Below are positions 1 through 11,935 of a DNA stretch of 64,000 nucleotides, one piece after another. Below the pieces are notes generated by a model, which did not search any database, was not told the DNA's origin, and was given only the letters and a program-made list of their open reading frames with translations. Numbering within the stretch: the first letter of the stretch is position 1; each line of letters starts with the position of its first letter. Source of the stretch: Octopus vulgaris (taxonomy: Eukaryota); the NCBI GenBank assembly GCA_951406725.2, contig OX597819.1, positions 23,436,001 to 23,500,000 of the forward strand, given 5' to 3'. The position numbers and the translations under genes are program-made.

Positions 1-296
1 ACCTCTTAATGAAAGCTACAATTAATTTACAATAGAGCATGAATTACACATGACATTTTAAAAACATCATTAATTAACATTGCCGCTTTTTCTCGTTTCC
101 CAAAATTAATTTTCATGCATGGCTTTGCAGTATTTGTTCCACTCTCTCCACGACCGTATCTGATTTCCTTGTTTCAATAGTATAATTAAACTGTATAGAG
201 AGATCTCACAGAATCCTGTAGCTATCATTCACAACCAAGGTCTCTGGTTCGTTTTCATGTCACTTTCCCATCTCTTCAAACGCACAGGCTTAGTTT

Positions 297-563
297 TGGA
301 GGCATTTAACTTAGTGTTTATTGTGTTTGACTCATGATTCTAAGATTGTGGTTTCGATTCCTGGACCCGGCGATGCGTTGTAATCTTGTGTAAAACGCTT
401 CATTTCACATTGCCCCAGTTCACTCAGCTGTTAAAAATGAGTAACCCTACCACGGACTGGCGTCCCATTCAGGTGAAGAATTTATAGGCCACAGAAACCG
501 GGAGACCGGTCCCGGCCCCTATGAGCCGCCATAACTCGAGAAGGAAACTTTACCTCACCTTTC
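297..563 (+). mobile_element. tRNA-derived SINE (family D head, CORE-like middle)
   Basis: Degenerate A box, B box GTTTCGATTCC, then CTTGTGTAAAACGCTT and CACTCAGCTG..AATGAGTA. Related heads at 13920-14160, 19340-19570 and 48165-48490. Confidence 0.7.
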
Positions 564-711
564 TACAGGTATGTTTAACATTCCAAAGCAGTTTGTTACA
601 GATACACTCATGCCTGTGTTTATGTCGTATTTTGTGCAAGCCCACTGCACTTACTTAGAAGGTAGTTAATGCTTACGTCCCCTTTTCCTCACATGTTGCG
701 CTTGCAGTATA

Positions 712-888
712 CGAGGGGGTATTGGTTGGAGGTCCAACCTCTCGAGTTCTTTTACAGGGCTTAGAAAAACTGAAGAACCGCTGCAATAAATGTGTGAATC
801 TGAGAGGGGAATATTTTGAATAAAATCATAAACTTATTCTCTTGTATTTTCTTTTGCCCAAAGCCAGGAACCTTTCAGCACCCCCTCG
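712..888 (+). mobile_element. mariner-derived MITE, copy 1
   Basis: TA followed by CGAGGGGGT; ends AAAGCCAGGAACCTTTCAGCACCCCCTCG. Retains the transposase C-terminus (..GLEKLKNRCNKCVNLRGEYFE*). Confidence 0.75.
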
Positions 889-891
889 CGC

Positions 892-944
<53 letters not shown>

Positions 945-962
945 CGTGTGTGTACAGAAATA

Positions 963-1179
963 CGTATGGGTACTGAACACTTTCTGGCTTTAAGGATGTT
1001 GCAAAAGGCTTGGTTGGAGGCCCAAACTTTCGAGTTCTTTTACAGGGTTTAGAAAATCTGAAGGACACCTGCAATAAATGTGTGAATCTGAGGGGGGAAT
1101 ATGTTGAATAAAATTCTAATCAACTGATTCTCTTATGTTTTCTTTTGCCCAAAGCCAGGAACCTTTCAGCACCCCTTCG
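963..1179 (+). mobile_element. mariner-derived MITE, copy 2
   Basis: Direct paralog of 712-888 with imperfect TIRs and TA flanks. Confidence 0.75.
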
Positions 1180-1189
1180 TAACCGAGTT

Positions 1190-1860
1190 TTATTAATAAT
1201 TATCTTTATCAAATTCATACTGATGTCTTAAAGACAATTATTTGCATGTCATTAATTAGCGAGTCTTGTTGGTATTTTTCTGACAAAACCATCGTTATTC
1301 ACTTCCAGCATTCTTAGTTTGTTGCGTGAATTGGTTATGGAGTTCCTTCTTTTTCCAGCCATTTGCCCTATCTTTCTTCTTTCTATTCCTGAAATTTTTC
1401 ACAATCTCAGTTACCTCTATATTCCTCACAATATACAACGTAGTTTTTCAAATCCAAAATCGCAGTATTAGTTTTTCCTGCATAATATTAAACTTCTATT
1501 TCCTTCCCATTATGGTAAATAGATCTTGTCGATATTATTATGAAAGTGGCGAGCATAATGTATTGAGGGTGACTTTCTTGATTTTTGCCTATTTCTTGTA
1601 GCTCTTTATTCAGTGTAGAAAAAGGGCAGAGTACCTCAACATTGGCAGAGTCCACGTAGTCGTGGTTTTAATGATATAACCAATTATTTTTGTATCAACC
1701 ATCTTTTCAACCCCTTTTTTTTGTACTCTTTAGAGACTTTCTCATTTCCCTTTCCATTACATCACTCCCAGGTACTTCAGTCTCTTCTTCCAATGATCTA
1801 ATGATATCATCTTGTGGTATTTTATCTCATCAGATTTCATCCTTCGAACTCTCATCACGA
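1190..1860 (-). pseudogene. degraded R4/Dong-clade LINE, region downstream of the RT core
   Basis: Frameshifted minus-strand motifs LKYLGV, TWTLPMLRYSA, NIDKIYLP*WEGNRSL (cf. DIDRLYLPRxxGGRGL) and WKKKELHNQF. Confidence 0.7.
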
Positions 1861-2022
1861 TTCATAAAGCACACTTTTGCTCACCCACTCACACACACAC
1901 ACACACACACACACACAAGAAAAATACCGCATATCAATATCCTAGCTAAATATTCTTACAGCTTGTAAAAGAAAATCCAGGTAGAGGAAGTTTCAGTATT
2001 GGCGTATAGAATAATCCTTTCT

Positions 2023-2231
2023 TATTTCTTTATTGCCCACAAAGGGCTAAACACAAAGGGATTAAGCCGATTACATCCACCCCAGTGCGTAACTGGTACT
2101 TGATTTATCGACCTCGAAAGGATGAAAGGCAAAGTCAACTTCGGCTGAATTTGAACTCAGGACATAACGGCAGAAAAAATACCGCTAAGCATTACGCCCA
2201 GCGTGCTAACGTTTCTGCCAGCTCGCCGCCT
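2023..2231 (-). mobile_element. SINE family A (tail 1), inserted in the tail of the adjacent copy
   Basis: Head GGCGGCGAGCTGGCAG, B box GAGTTCAAATTC, central GCCTTTCATCCTTTCG..GATAAA..AGTACCAG. Duplication GAATAATCCTTTCT on both sides. Confidence 0.85.
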
Positions 2232-2239
2232 TGTGGAAT

Positions 2240-2456
2240 AATCCTTTCTACTATAATGCACAAGGCCTGAAATTTCTGGGGAGGAAGCCAGTCGATTAGA
2301 TCGACCGCAGTACGGAACTGGTACTTAATTTATCGACCCCGAAAGGATGAAAGGTAAAGTCGACCTCGGCGGAATTTGAACTCAGAACGTAGCAATGGGC
2401 GAAACACCGCAAAGCATTTTGTCCAGCATGCTAACGATTCTGCCAACTCGCCGCCT
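2240..2456 (-). mobile_element. SINE family A (tail 2)
   Basis: Same head and centre, tail ..CAGGCCTTGTG..ATAGTAGAAAGGATT. TSD-like GTATAGAATAAT at about 2004 and 2465. Confidence 0.85.
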
Positions 2457-2555
2457 TTTTTTGTGTATAGAATAATGTCAACAATATATAGTATTTGATG
2501 CATTTCCCCTCTTCTTACCAAATTGTAAACATGTCTTGCTTCTTTTTATACACAA

Positions 2556-2947
2556 CTAGCAGTATCGCCCGGCGTTGCTCGGGTTTGTAAGGGAAATAAT
2601 TATATAAGCATTTTTAGAGATGTAAAGTATAATAGCTATCTCAATATGGCTAACCACAAAGGGGGAGGGGTGTTACTGTAGCTTTTTACGTTCTGAGATT
2701 TAATAATAAATTTTAGAGAGTTACTTCCCTTATATATGTCAAAAATGGATTAAAAATGGGAAAAATTGATGGTAATTTTTTTTTAAATCGTAGACTCATC
2801 GTAGATGCGCGCTAATACCCAGACGGTCTCGATATGAATCACGACTATAAGATACCCGGTTTTGGTTAAACTGCACCGCAAAATGTGGGAGTAGTTAGGA
2901 ATCTAAATCGTAGGAGACAGACACACAACCTCACTTTTATATATAAA
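2556..2947 (-). mobile_element. non-autonomous Helitron
   Basis: Minus-strand 3' end CCCGAGCAACGCCGGG hairpin followed by CTAG|T. Paralogs at 19576 and 40439. Confidence 0.8.
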
Positions 2948-3012
2948 TATTTCCTCTATTTACATAATATTGAGGTCTCTTTCTTTCTTTTGTTATCTTA
3001 CTGTTTTTACCA

Positions 3013-3061
<49 letters not shown>

Positions 3062-3390
3062 TATATATAGTTACAGAGATGTACTTGCATAGCAAGTGAC
3101 TTGATCTGAGATCGTGTGCTGGAACGAAAACAGTTGCAGCGTTGAAGGTGTTTATAAGCCATTTAAGAAACACACAAAAACCGTTAGATTCACTTCAACA
3201 TTTAAATTTAATTTGTCAAAATATTTTCGTCGCTTTGAGACCGCGACCTGTTAGCACGATATTTTGGCAGTGAACAGGTCGCGGTCTCAAAGCGAGGAAA
3301 ATATTTTGGCAAATTAAATTTAAATGTTGAAGTGAATCTAACGGTTTTTGTGTGTTTCTTAAATGGCTTACAAACACCTTCCACGCTGCA
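2948..3390. mobile_element. Penelope-like terminal-repeat fragment with inverted duplication
   Basis: About 118-bp inverted arms at 3135-3252 and 3273-3390 containing a hammerhead-like motif. Older copies at about 24020-24210 and 24850-25040. Confidence 0.6.
3262..3313 (+). ncRNA. minimal type-I hammerhead-like motif with G3-C8 core
   Basis: UUUGGCA GUGAACA G GUCGC-loop-GCGAG GAAA AUAUU U UGGCAAA. Confidence 0.55.
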
Positions 3391-3469
3391 ATATATATAC
3401 ACACACATATATATATATGTATGTATGTATGTATGTGTGTATATGTGTATGCATGTATGTGTGTGTGTG

Positions 3470-3690
3470 CGTGTCTGTGCTTGTGATTGTCCTCCACCAC
3501 TGCTTGACAACGAATGTTGGTTTGTTTACATCCCTGTCACCTAGTGGTTTGACAAAGGAAACAGATAGAATAAGTACAATGCTTACAAAAATAAAACTGG
3601 AGTTGATTCATTAAACTACAATTCTTCAAGGCATTGCCCCAGCATGGCCACAGACCAATGGCTGGAAAAAGCAGAAGAATAAAAGAATAC
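3470..3690 (+). mobile_element. SINE family B, 3' half
   Basis: GCTTGACAAC..GATAGAATAAGTAC..CAGCATGGCC tail. Confidence 0.75.
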
Positions 3691-3754
3691 ATTCTCTGCT
3701 TTGGTCTTATGTTCAAGGCATGAGAAAGCTTGAGTTTACATGAGAAGGCCTAAC

Positions 3755-4047
3755 AGACCTGGTAGAAACAGCAGCCAGATCTCCCTCAAATCACACCTTA
3801 CTGTCTTATGTATGTATATATATATGAGCCAATGAGGGGGACCTCTACATGGTAGCTAGACCTGGTAGAAATAGCAGCCAAATTTCCCCCAAATCACACC
3901 TTACTGTCTTATCTATGTATATATGTATGTATGAGCCTATGAGGGAGACCCCTACATGGCAGCTAGACATGGTAGAAATAGCAGCCAAATCTCCCTCAAA
4001 TCACACCTTACTGTATTATGTATGTATATATATATATATACAAGCCA
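3755..4047 (+). repeat. tandem repeat, about 105-bp unit x about 2.8
   Basis: Units start at 3755, 3858 and 3965 (AGACCTGGTAGAAATAGCAGCCAAATCTCCCTCAAATCACACCTTACTGT). Confidence 0.9.
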
Positions 4048-4191
4048 CTACGGTTATTTAATGTAAAGTCTTCCTCAAATCACTCTCGCTATTTACTCTC
4101 TTCCAAGAACATTTTCACTCACTCTTATCTCTTAGCTTGCCATACATTTTACTCATGTATCTATCAGCGTGATAGACAGAAACAAATATTA

Positions 4192-4233
4192 CATCGCCAT
4201 CGCCATCGCCATCGCCATCGCCATCGCCATCGC
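4192..4233 (+). repeat. (CATCGC)7 hexanucleotide microsatellite
   Basis: Read directly. Confidence 0.95.
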
Positions 4234-4401
4234 ATTATATTGTCTACCTGTCAACACACACACAGTGAATTACTTTCATTTTATTTGTTGCACACTGTGT
4301 GTGTGCGTGTGGTGTAAACCACATTAAGAAAAGCATTTGACATACACACCAGAATGTGAGTTTTCTGTAAATTTGGCTTAATTGGAGTTTAAATTTTAAA
4401 A

Positions 4402-4534
4402 ACTGGACCTGGCATGACCCGATGCATTCTATTCTTAAAAATGCTAGGTAAATTGTAATTGAAGAAATCCTATATTGTAGATTTCTATAACTGACAAAGG
4501 GAGGCAGATAAAATCTACCTTTTATAATAAGAGA
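4402..4534 (-). mobile_element. possible short non-autonomous Helitron
   Basis: Minus strand begins TCTCTTATTATAAAAGG (Helitron-like TC start); 3' end is degenerate. Confidence 0.35.
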
Positions 4535-5221
4535 TATCTTGTCAAAAAATTCTGTCGTCTTTTCACACCAATCCGTTCGTGCTCGTTCAATCTGCTTGAA
4601 AAAGCTACGAAATCTTCTACATGTTGTATCCTACTACCTTTTAAAAAATGAGTGAAACATCAAATACCTATGAAAAGATTATTTCGGAACAGCATGAACA
4701 CATTTGATTGTAGATCTTGTGGATCATCACTGACTTGGGAGTCGGACAATAACAAAACTAATGAGTTTTCAGCAAGAACAATAAATTTTACGTTTCACTG
4801 AAGAGGTCTAATAAAATGCGAGCATGTATTGAGTTGCCTCCCGTACTTACTTAAGGGATTAAAAATTAAAATAAGATTAGAGTTTATATTGTCTCTCCTT
4901 CACTGCATACGTACTCTTTGAATTTCATTTCATTAAATATATTTACATTATCTTAACTATTGCTTTTATGGAGTCCCTGAAAAATCTACGTCAGTGATAT
5001 ATTTTTTAAATATATTGTCACTGACTCAAAGGCTCTAGATTAAAAAGGCTTGTTTTTTGCAGAAGATTGTTGCCTTCGCTACATTCCAGAGAATGCTTAT
5101 CTTTTACTCCCCTCTGGGTGCAAACATTTACAAGTGACCATTGTCTAGTCTAGCTGATGCATAATGAAGCTAATGTACCCCTTTTATTTCCAGCACATAA
5201 CGTTTCGTGCTCCCCGAATAT

Positions 5222-5420
5222 TGGCACGTGGTCAGCAATTCCAAGAGTGGAGTCAAGTCGATTAGATTAACCCCAGTATTCAACTGGTACTTATTTTATC
5301 GATCCCGAAAGGATGTAAGGCAAAGCCGACCTCGGCAGAATTTGAACTCAGAACGTAAAGAGGGACGAAATGCCGCTAAGCATTTGGCCCGACGTTCTTA
5401 CGATTCTGTCAGCTCACCAT
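5222..5420 (-). mobile_element. SINE family A
   Basis: Matches the family A consensus. Confidence 0.8.
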
Positions 5421-6568
5421 CTTATGTTGCGCGAATACTGGTGCTTCATATCAGTTAATAGATCGGAACACTGCTATTTCTGTGATAAATACACCTAGCA
5501 GCAAATACACTTCAGCTTTGATCTTGCAAAGATTTAAGTGGATATCTGATGACATTCTCCTAGGTGTATCCTCCACAGCGTCCGCACAGCCAAAGCTCAT
5601 AATCCGAAATGTGGCTCGTTCATATCTATGCTACAACAAGCAGCGCAGATAAGCTACACCTACAACCGCACTCGGAGTTATCATCCTCCACCAACAACTA
5701 AACAGTGTTGTATCTCCAATGCATTGTGTTAATGACGACCATAAGAAAATCAAAGACTGTATCTGTGCATTGCGTACCCTCCTTGCTTTCTCCTCCAAAG
5801 TCATAGAATCATCTCAGTTCTTTCCTAGACTCTTCCTACTTATTACTCCTTGATCAACATCGAGCTGTAGATAGCACACCTATTGTTAAAGATATCACAT
5901 GTGATGGGCCGTTCATTTTTTTTTTCCTATCCATGTGTACAACAAAATTCAACACAAACTCTCTTTTTTGCCTTCACATAGAGCCAGGTGTTAATATCTA
6001 TTTGGCAACGGGCCAACGAGTTGAGTCTCTCGTTGAGTCTAATGAAATAGCAGCCGATTTTCCCTCATATCACTTCTACCATCTGAAGAATGAATAGCTC
6101 AATGGATAACGATCTAATTCTTCACTTAGAAGCCTGGAAAAGACGGATATTATCCGCAAGAAACCTAAACACTTCAAACCAGACATCCACTCAAGTAGAA
6201 AACATTCCCCAATTGGAGAAATGCAACGTACTTTTGTCCAAAGCATATTGATACAACCACGCACATATCAAGGAAATAATTTTCAAGATACATTCACTCT
6301 CTATGTACAAGACACAAAGCTATCAATGTTGCTTAAATTCCAAACCTCGTAAAAGAAAGCAGCAAGAATATAAAGTTTCATCTGTGGATGAATAAAAGCA
6401 ATATTTAGGCAGGCATTTAAATAACAAAGGAGATCATAAAAGTGATTCAGACTGGATATAAAAGTTGCGAGTACGATTTCAAATCTCAACAAAATAAAGC
6501 CACATAGATTTACGCAAACACATACGAATATGCACACATGCACATACCAATGAACGCGCACTCACAAA

Positions 6569-6611
<43 letters not shown>

Positions 6612-7276
6612 TCTTTCTCTCTTCCCCACTCACATGCATTCTTTCACATCCATACAACAACATTAATACAGAACTAAAAACAAAAACAGCTGCACCTGAA
6701 GCTGTCTATCTTAGAGTGAAAAGAGGGCGTGCCATTGATGATGTCGCGAATGCCGAAGAAAGGACTTCGACAGACATAACTGATTGATTAATTGCATGAT
6801 TAACCAAACACTCAATTAGATAATTTAGCTAAATAGTTAACCAATTGATGAATAATAAAGAAGGGGAAGAGAACCAATGGGTGTGTTTATTATTGGCATA
6901 ATGACCCTCTCAAGATACAATAAAATATTAAAGAGAGTTAAGAGTATACCAAATTAAAATGTCACAGAGCCAGATCTACTTCTGGCTTAAAATCTTTGTG
7001 ACTATGAACTAACACTTACCAAAATACATTGCTAAAGCTTTTAATGAAATTTTAATTTCATAAGAGACAAAAAACGTAGTTGTTATGGAAACAGAGAAGG
7101 CAAAAGGAATCGGAGTTTTGCTGCTTCTGTGAAAATTACTTGCAGGTTGATAGCTTCTTCGATATACTAAGGAACAGAATAAAGAATAGAAGCGATGTTA
7201 TAGATTAACAAAATAATATTTCAAAACTGGGTGAATAGGAAATCGAACCGACCAACGGAATTAAAGAACAAAAAAA

Positions 7277-8176
7277 ACCAAGAGCGCTCAGAGAACGCAA
7301 ACCTCCGTCAAGGCAACACCAACGTCCAGTGGTGGTGCAATGGCCCAGTGGTTAGGGCAGCGCACTCGCGGTCGTAAGAACGCAGTTTCGATTGCCAGAC
7401 CAGGCAATGTGAGTGTTTATTGAGCAAAAACACCTAAGCTCCACGAGTTTCCGGCAGGGGGCCGGTGGTGAACCCCTCTGTACTCTTTCACCACAACTTT
7501 CTTCCACTCTTACTTCCTACTTCTGCTACAAAGCAGAAGAACTATGGTGTGGTAAACTTTCAGACCCTAGTCTAGATTACGAATTCTCTGTACCCCAGGA
7601 TGGTTCAGCTCTCCACCCGTTACAAGCCACCGTTTACGAAATGAGGATAACAACGTAGCTTTCGCGCCCGTGCAACCGCCAGTCTATCGCGTGTGGCGGG
7701 TAGATTTTCAAGTTGCCACACGCATTCTTAGTAGCTTATAGTAGGATCGAATTAGAGATTACTCTTTATGGCTAATGGGCGTGAGTCCTGATTGGAAGAA
7801 GAAGAAGAAGAAGAAGAAGAAGAAGAAGAAGAAGAAGAAGAAGACACCAACGTCCTCTCAACGATTAGCTGGAGATGATTTTTTAAAATGAGAATATCTG
7901 AAATAAACTCGATTACTCTCACAAACGAGAATATTAAAAATGAACCCGACCGCTCTCAAAAGTTAAGTAAAAAAAAAACTGAAAAATAATCCAGAATCCT
8001 TTTCCGGTACTGGATCGATACCAAAATTTAATCAGCTCGTGCCAGTCCCGAGTCCAAAGATCCCTGAAAGTTTAATCCGAATCCATCCAGCGGTTCTTGA
8101 GATATCTTATCCACGGACAGACAAACAAACAAACACGACTGAAAATAATACCCCGCCTTAGCGAAGGCGGTGGTAA
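7277..8176. mobile_element. Helentron/HINE-like non-autonomous element, interrupted at 7328-7843
   Basis: Subterminal inverted motifs ACCTCCGTCAAGG / AAGGCGGTGGT, terminal hairpin CCGCCTT-AGCG-AAGGCGG, internal (ACAA)n, A-run flanks. Confidence 0.6.
7328..7843 (+). mobile_element. chimeric SINE: family C head plus unrelated tail ending in (GAA)n
   Basis: 12-bp TSD ACACCAACGTCC at 7316-7327 and 7844-7855; (GAA)n at 7795-7843. Confidence 0.8.
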
Positions 8177-8303
8177 AAAAAAAAAACGAAAGGCTTATGA
8201 CGACTCGTTTTTAGATTCTGTGAGAATACCTGGAAATATTTTGGCACCCATAATGAAATACAAATGTTCCTTTATACGTAAGAACAGTTGTTGACGTACC
8301 ACA

Positions 8304-8352
<49 letters not shown>

Positions 8353-8403
8353 CGTGGTAGTGGTGGTGGTGGTGGTGGTGGTGGTGGTGGTGGTTTTGGT
8401 GGT

Positions 8404-8462
<59 letters not shown>

Positions 8463-8600
8463 GGTGGTGGTGGTGATGGTGGTGGTGGTGGTGGTTTTGG
8501 TGGTGGTGGAAGCAGTAGCAGCAGCAGCAGTAGTAGTAATAGTAGTAGTAGTAGTAACAGCAGCAGCAGCAATAGGGCGGCGGCGGCGGCGGCTACGGCG
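8304..8600. repeat. compound triplet microsatellite (TAG)n/(TGG)n/(CAG)n/(CGG)n
   Basis: Read directly. Confidence 0.95.
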
Positions 8601-9023
8601 ACCTCTATAGTTAAAAATCAATAGCACCGTAGTATCATTTTAAATTTATTAAAAAGAAACTATGATAAATGTAGTTGTATTGTTAGCTCCAAAGTTAATG
8701 GGCTCGAAGCAGTGGCCAAAAACTGTCTTCATTCGACTCCGTAAGTTATTGATTTTTTTTTTCTCCTCTCAAAATCATTTAATTCCAAAGCGTAGAAAAA
8801 TAATGCAATTTTAATGAAGTATTTGTTTTCGTCTGAATTGAAAAACAGTTTGAATAGAAAACCAACAGTTGACTTCTGAGTCGATAAAGAGTTGACCAAC
8901 GAGTTTAGGGAGTCAGTCTCCAACACTGGCTCATTATTTTCTCCATAGCTAAAATAAGGTAATATTGCTCTCTGCAATACAATACTATGAAGTGAGTTAC
9001 AAGCAGTGAATTACAATGTATAA

Positions 9024-9231
9024 ATCTTTTCTACTCTAGGCACAAGGCCCGAAATTTCTGGGGAGGATGCCAGTCGATTAGATCGACCTCAGTATGCAAC
9101 TGGTACTTAATTTATCGACCCCGAAAGGATGAAAGGCAAAGTCGACCTCGGCGGAATTTGAACTCAGAACGTAAAGACAGACGAAATACCGCTAAGCATC
9201 TCGCCCGGCGTGCTAACGATTCTGCCAGCTC
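9024..9231 (-). mobile_element. SINE family A (tail 2)
   Basis: Matches the family A consensus. Confidence 0.85.
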
Positions 9232-9361
9232 AAATGACGTGTATCACATTGGTTTGTAGTTTACTTGGAATATTAGACCGAAGGAAGAGTTTATTGAAGT
9301 GAGGAATATTTATTATCAATTTTTCAAGGAGTTTCTCTAGGAATTAACAAATAATCGACTC

Positions 9362-9568
9362 GCTTTTGGTTTTCACTTGTTTTAGTCATTGGATTGCGGC
9401 CATGCTGGTGCACCGCGTTAGAGGATTTAGTCGAACAATTCGACACAGTACTTATTCTTTAAAGTTTGGTGCTTTCCTATCGATCTCTTTCGCCGAAACG
9501 CTAGATTCCCGGGACGTAAACAAACGAACACAGGTTGTCAAGCGCTTGCGGGATACAGACACAAATAC

Positions 9569-9570
<2 letters not shown>
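9362..9570 (-). mobile_element. SINE family B, 3' half
   Basis: Matches the family B tail. Confidence 0.75.
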
Positions 9571-9620
<50 letters not shown>

Positions 9621-9634
9621 GCGTGCGCTTGTGA

Positions 9635-10150
9635 TAGAACAAACAATAGAGAGGGAAACAACAGGTGTCTGTTGAGATTATGACACATTTATACAGTATA
9701 TAAGGAGTATAAATAGCAGGAAGTTCTTAATAGTTGGAAGTTCTTAATAGTTGAATATAGTTAGGTAGATTATTTAAACTGAAAGAAACTGCGTATATTC
9801 ACCCTAACAGCTGTTTCAAGATTAGTTGCGTAATCGTTTTCTTCTATTATAAATAATTCAGTTTGACCAGTACAACACCTATAGTGTGTCTTCATTTAAG
9901 CAACTATCACGTCTAGGCATTTAAAGTTGGAGTTTAGGCACAAATCCGACTTGAACACTAACGGCATGTACCTATTAACTTACGTCATTTTCGCGTCGTA
10001 TTACCCACAATGCAGTAATGTGTTACCCTAATGATCCATTGCTGTTAGGCATACAAATACATTTGGAGGATCCAAAGTTGAGTTCCAAACAGCTGCAATC
10101 GTGAAATTTACGTAGGAATTGAATATTTGTACTGGGGGTTATCTTAATCT
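9635..10150. mobile_element. probable Penelope-like fragment
   Basis: Minus-strand GAAACAGCTGTTAGGG (palindromic helix-III half of a hammerhead) and a PTLN-like ORF-end motif. Confidence 0.35.
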
Positions 10151-10238
10151 TCTAATATATTATTTTATTATTTTATCTAGTTTCAGCTCACGAGCTGTGG
10201 CCATGCTGGGGCACCGCCATTTTATATATATATATACT

Positions 10239-10299
<61 letters not shown>

Positions 10300-10301
<2 letters not shown>

Positions 10302-10704
10302 TCTTTTACTCTTTTACTTGTTTCAGTCATTTGACTGCGGTCATGCTGGAGCACCGCCTTTAATCGAGCAAATCGACTCCAGGACTTATTCTTTGTAAGC
10401 CTAGTACTTATTCTATCGGTCTCTTTTGCCGAACCGCTGAGTTACGGGGACGTAAACACACCAGCATCGGTTGTCAAGCGATGTCGGGGGGACAAACACA
10501 GACACACAAACATATACATACACATATATACATACATATATACGACGGGCTTCTTTCTGTTTCCGTCTACCAAATCCACTCACAAGGCTTTAGTCGGCCC
10601 GAGGCTATAGTAGAAGACACTTGCCCAAGGTCCCACACAGTGGGACTGGACCCAGAACCATGTATTTGGTAAGCAAGCTACTTACCACATAGCCACTCCT
10701 GCGC

Positions 10705-10705
<1 letters not shown>
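10300..10705 (-). mobile_element. SINE family B, full length (tRNA head, CORE-like CCTTGGGCAAG, microsatellite linker, tail)
   Basis: Starts GGCGCAGGAGTGGCT and ends AAGTAAAAGAGTAAAAGAGTA. Confidence 0.9.
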
Positions 10706-10781
<76 letters not shown>

Positions 10782-11834
10782 ACGCATTTCCACACAGTGT
10801 CCATCAACCATACTCAATTACAATGCATTGGTCCGTTCGGGCTATAGTAGAAATAGTAGAGGACACTTTCCCAAAGTGCTGGGTAGTCGAACAGAACTGG
10901 AAGCCACATGACGGCTAATCGAGTTTCTATCCTGATGAATGAAATGTTGAAATGTTCACATTCATCCACAGTGTCCAGGTAGCTTGAGTACAGATGAATA
11001 TTATAATAGGAAGAAATAAGACTTTTGTCATTGTCTTCTGCTTTTCAAACGCATGCAGTATAAGGTCATCCGTATACTTTGTAATTGTTTTCAGTAGCAG
11101 TTGTCACTATTTCCGGTTTAGTTTCGAATTGAAAATCTTTATAAAATATTCTTTGGCTTTTCCTAATTTTTCATTTACTCCTTTATTTTGGAGAAAAGGA
11201 ATAATTTTTTTTTATTTTCTCGTCACACGGATCTCTTCATGGAATATGTACAGACTTGTGTACAAAATGGGTCGAGAGACGAGATGTAGTCGTAACATAT
11301 GTAAACAGTTACTTATAAGGAAGTATATAGTAGTAAGTATGAAACTGTTTAAGTCAAAGAAAATTGATTTCAACTCAGTGAATATTTGATACACGTATCA
11401 GATCGTAAAAGATAGTGAGTACATACAGAAAATACCGTTGAAGCCGTAACAGTGGTGAAAGGATCAAAACGATGATATGAACAGATAGTACAGGCATCGT
11501 AAAAGGATGGGCGAGGAAGAAGAAATGGGCGAGGAGATAAAAGTCAGTATAGATGCGGAAAGCTCATAAAATATCATTCGAAGTGATAATAGAGTCAACA
11601 CCTCGCGGAATAACCAGCAAAACGAATTATAACACGTAAAGCGATAAACTCTATTAATAAAGTATGCGACTGGTTATCTTAGTGCTTTATTGAAAGAGCG
11701 CTCTATCGAAAGTGGTCTCCTTTGTACTTAATACACACACGCAGCACACACACATACACACACAACAAACATATACATGTAAATGTGTGTATATAATCAG
11801 TGATTATATATGTATATACGTGTATGTATATATA

Positions 11835-11873
<39 letters not shown>

Positions 11874-11935
11874 TGTACGTATGTATGTATGAGCTGTCAG
11901 GTTATCCCTTTGTATTCTGTATTTTTATATATATA

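Noticed and set aside
5460-5900. Possible LINE ORF1 zinc-knuckle relic
   Set aside because: Cys/His spacing is too degraded to support a call.
6100-6450. Possible L2/CR1 C-terminal relic (KKAARI-like)
   Set aside because: Only one short motif is recognisable.
8195-8627. Long low-complexity ORFs (poly-L/P/T/H) and the many YI, CV and HT repeat ORFs across the window
   Set aside because: These are stop-free translations of microsatellites with no domain or splice support.
11000-11650. Possible minus-strand LINE ORF1 relic (CYN.., SNC..H)
   Set aside because: No continuous frame or clear motif.
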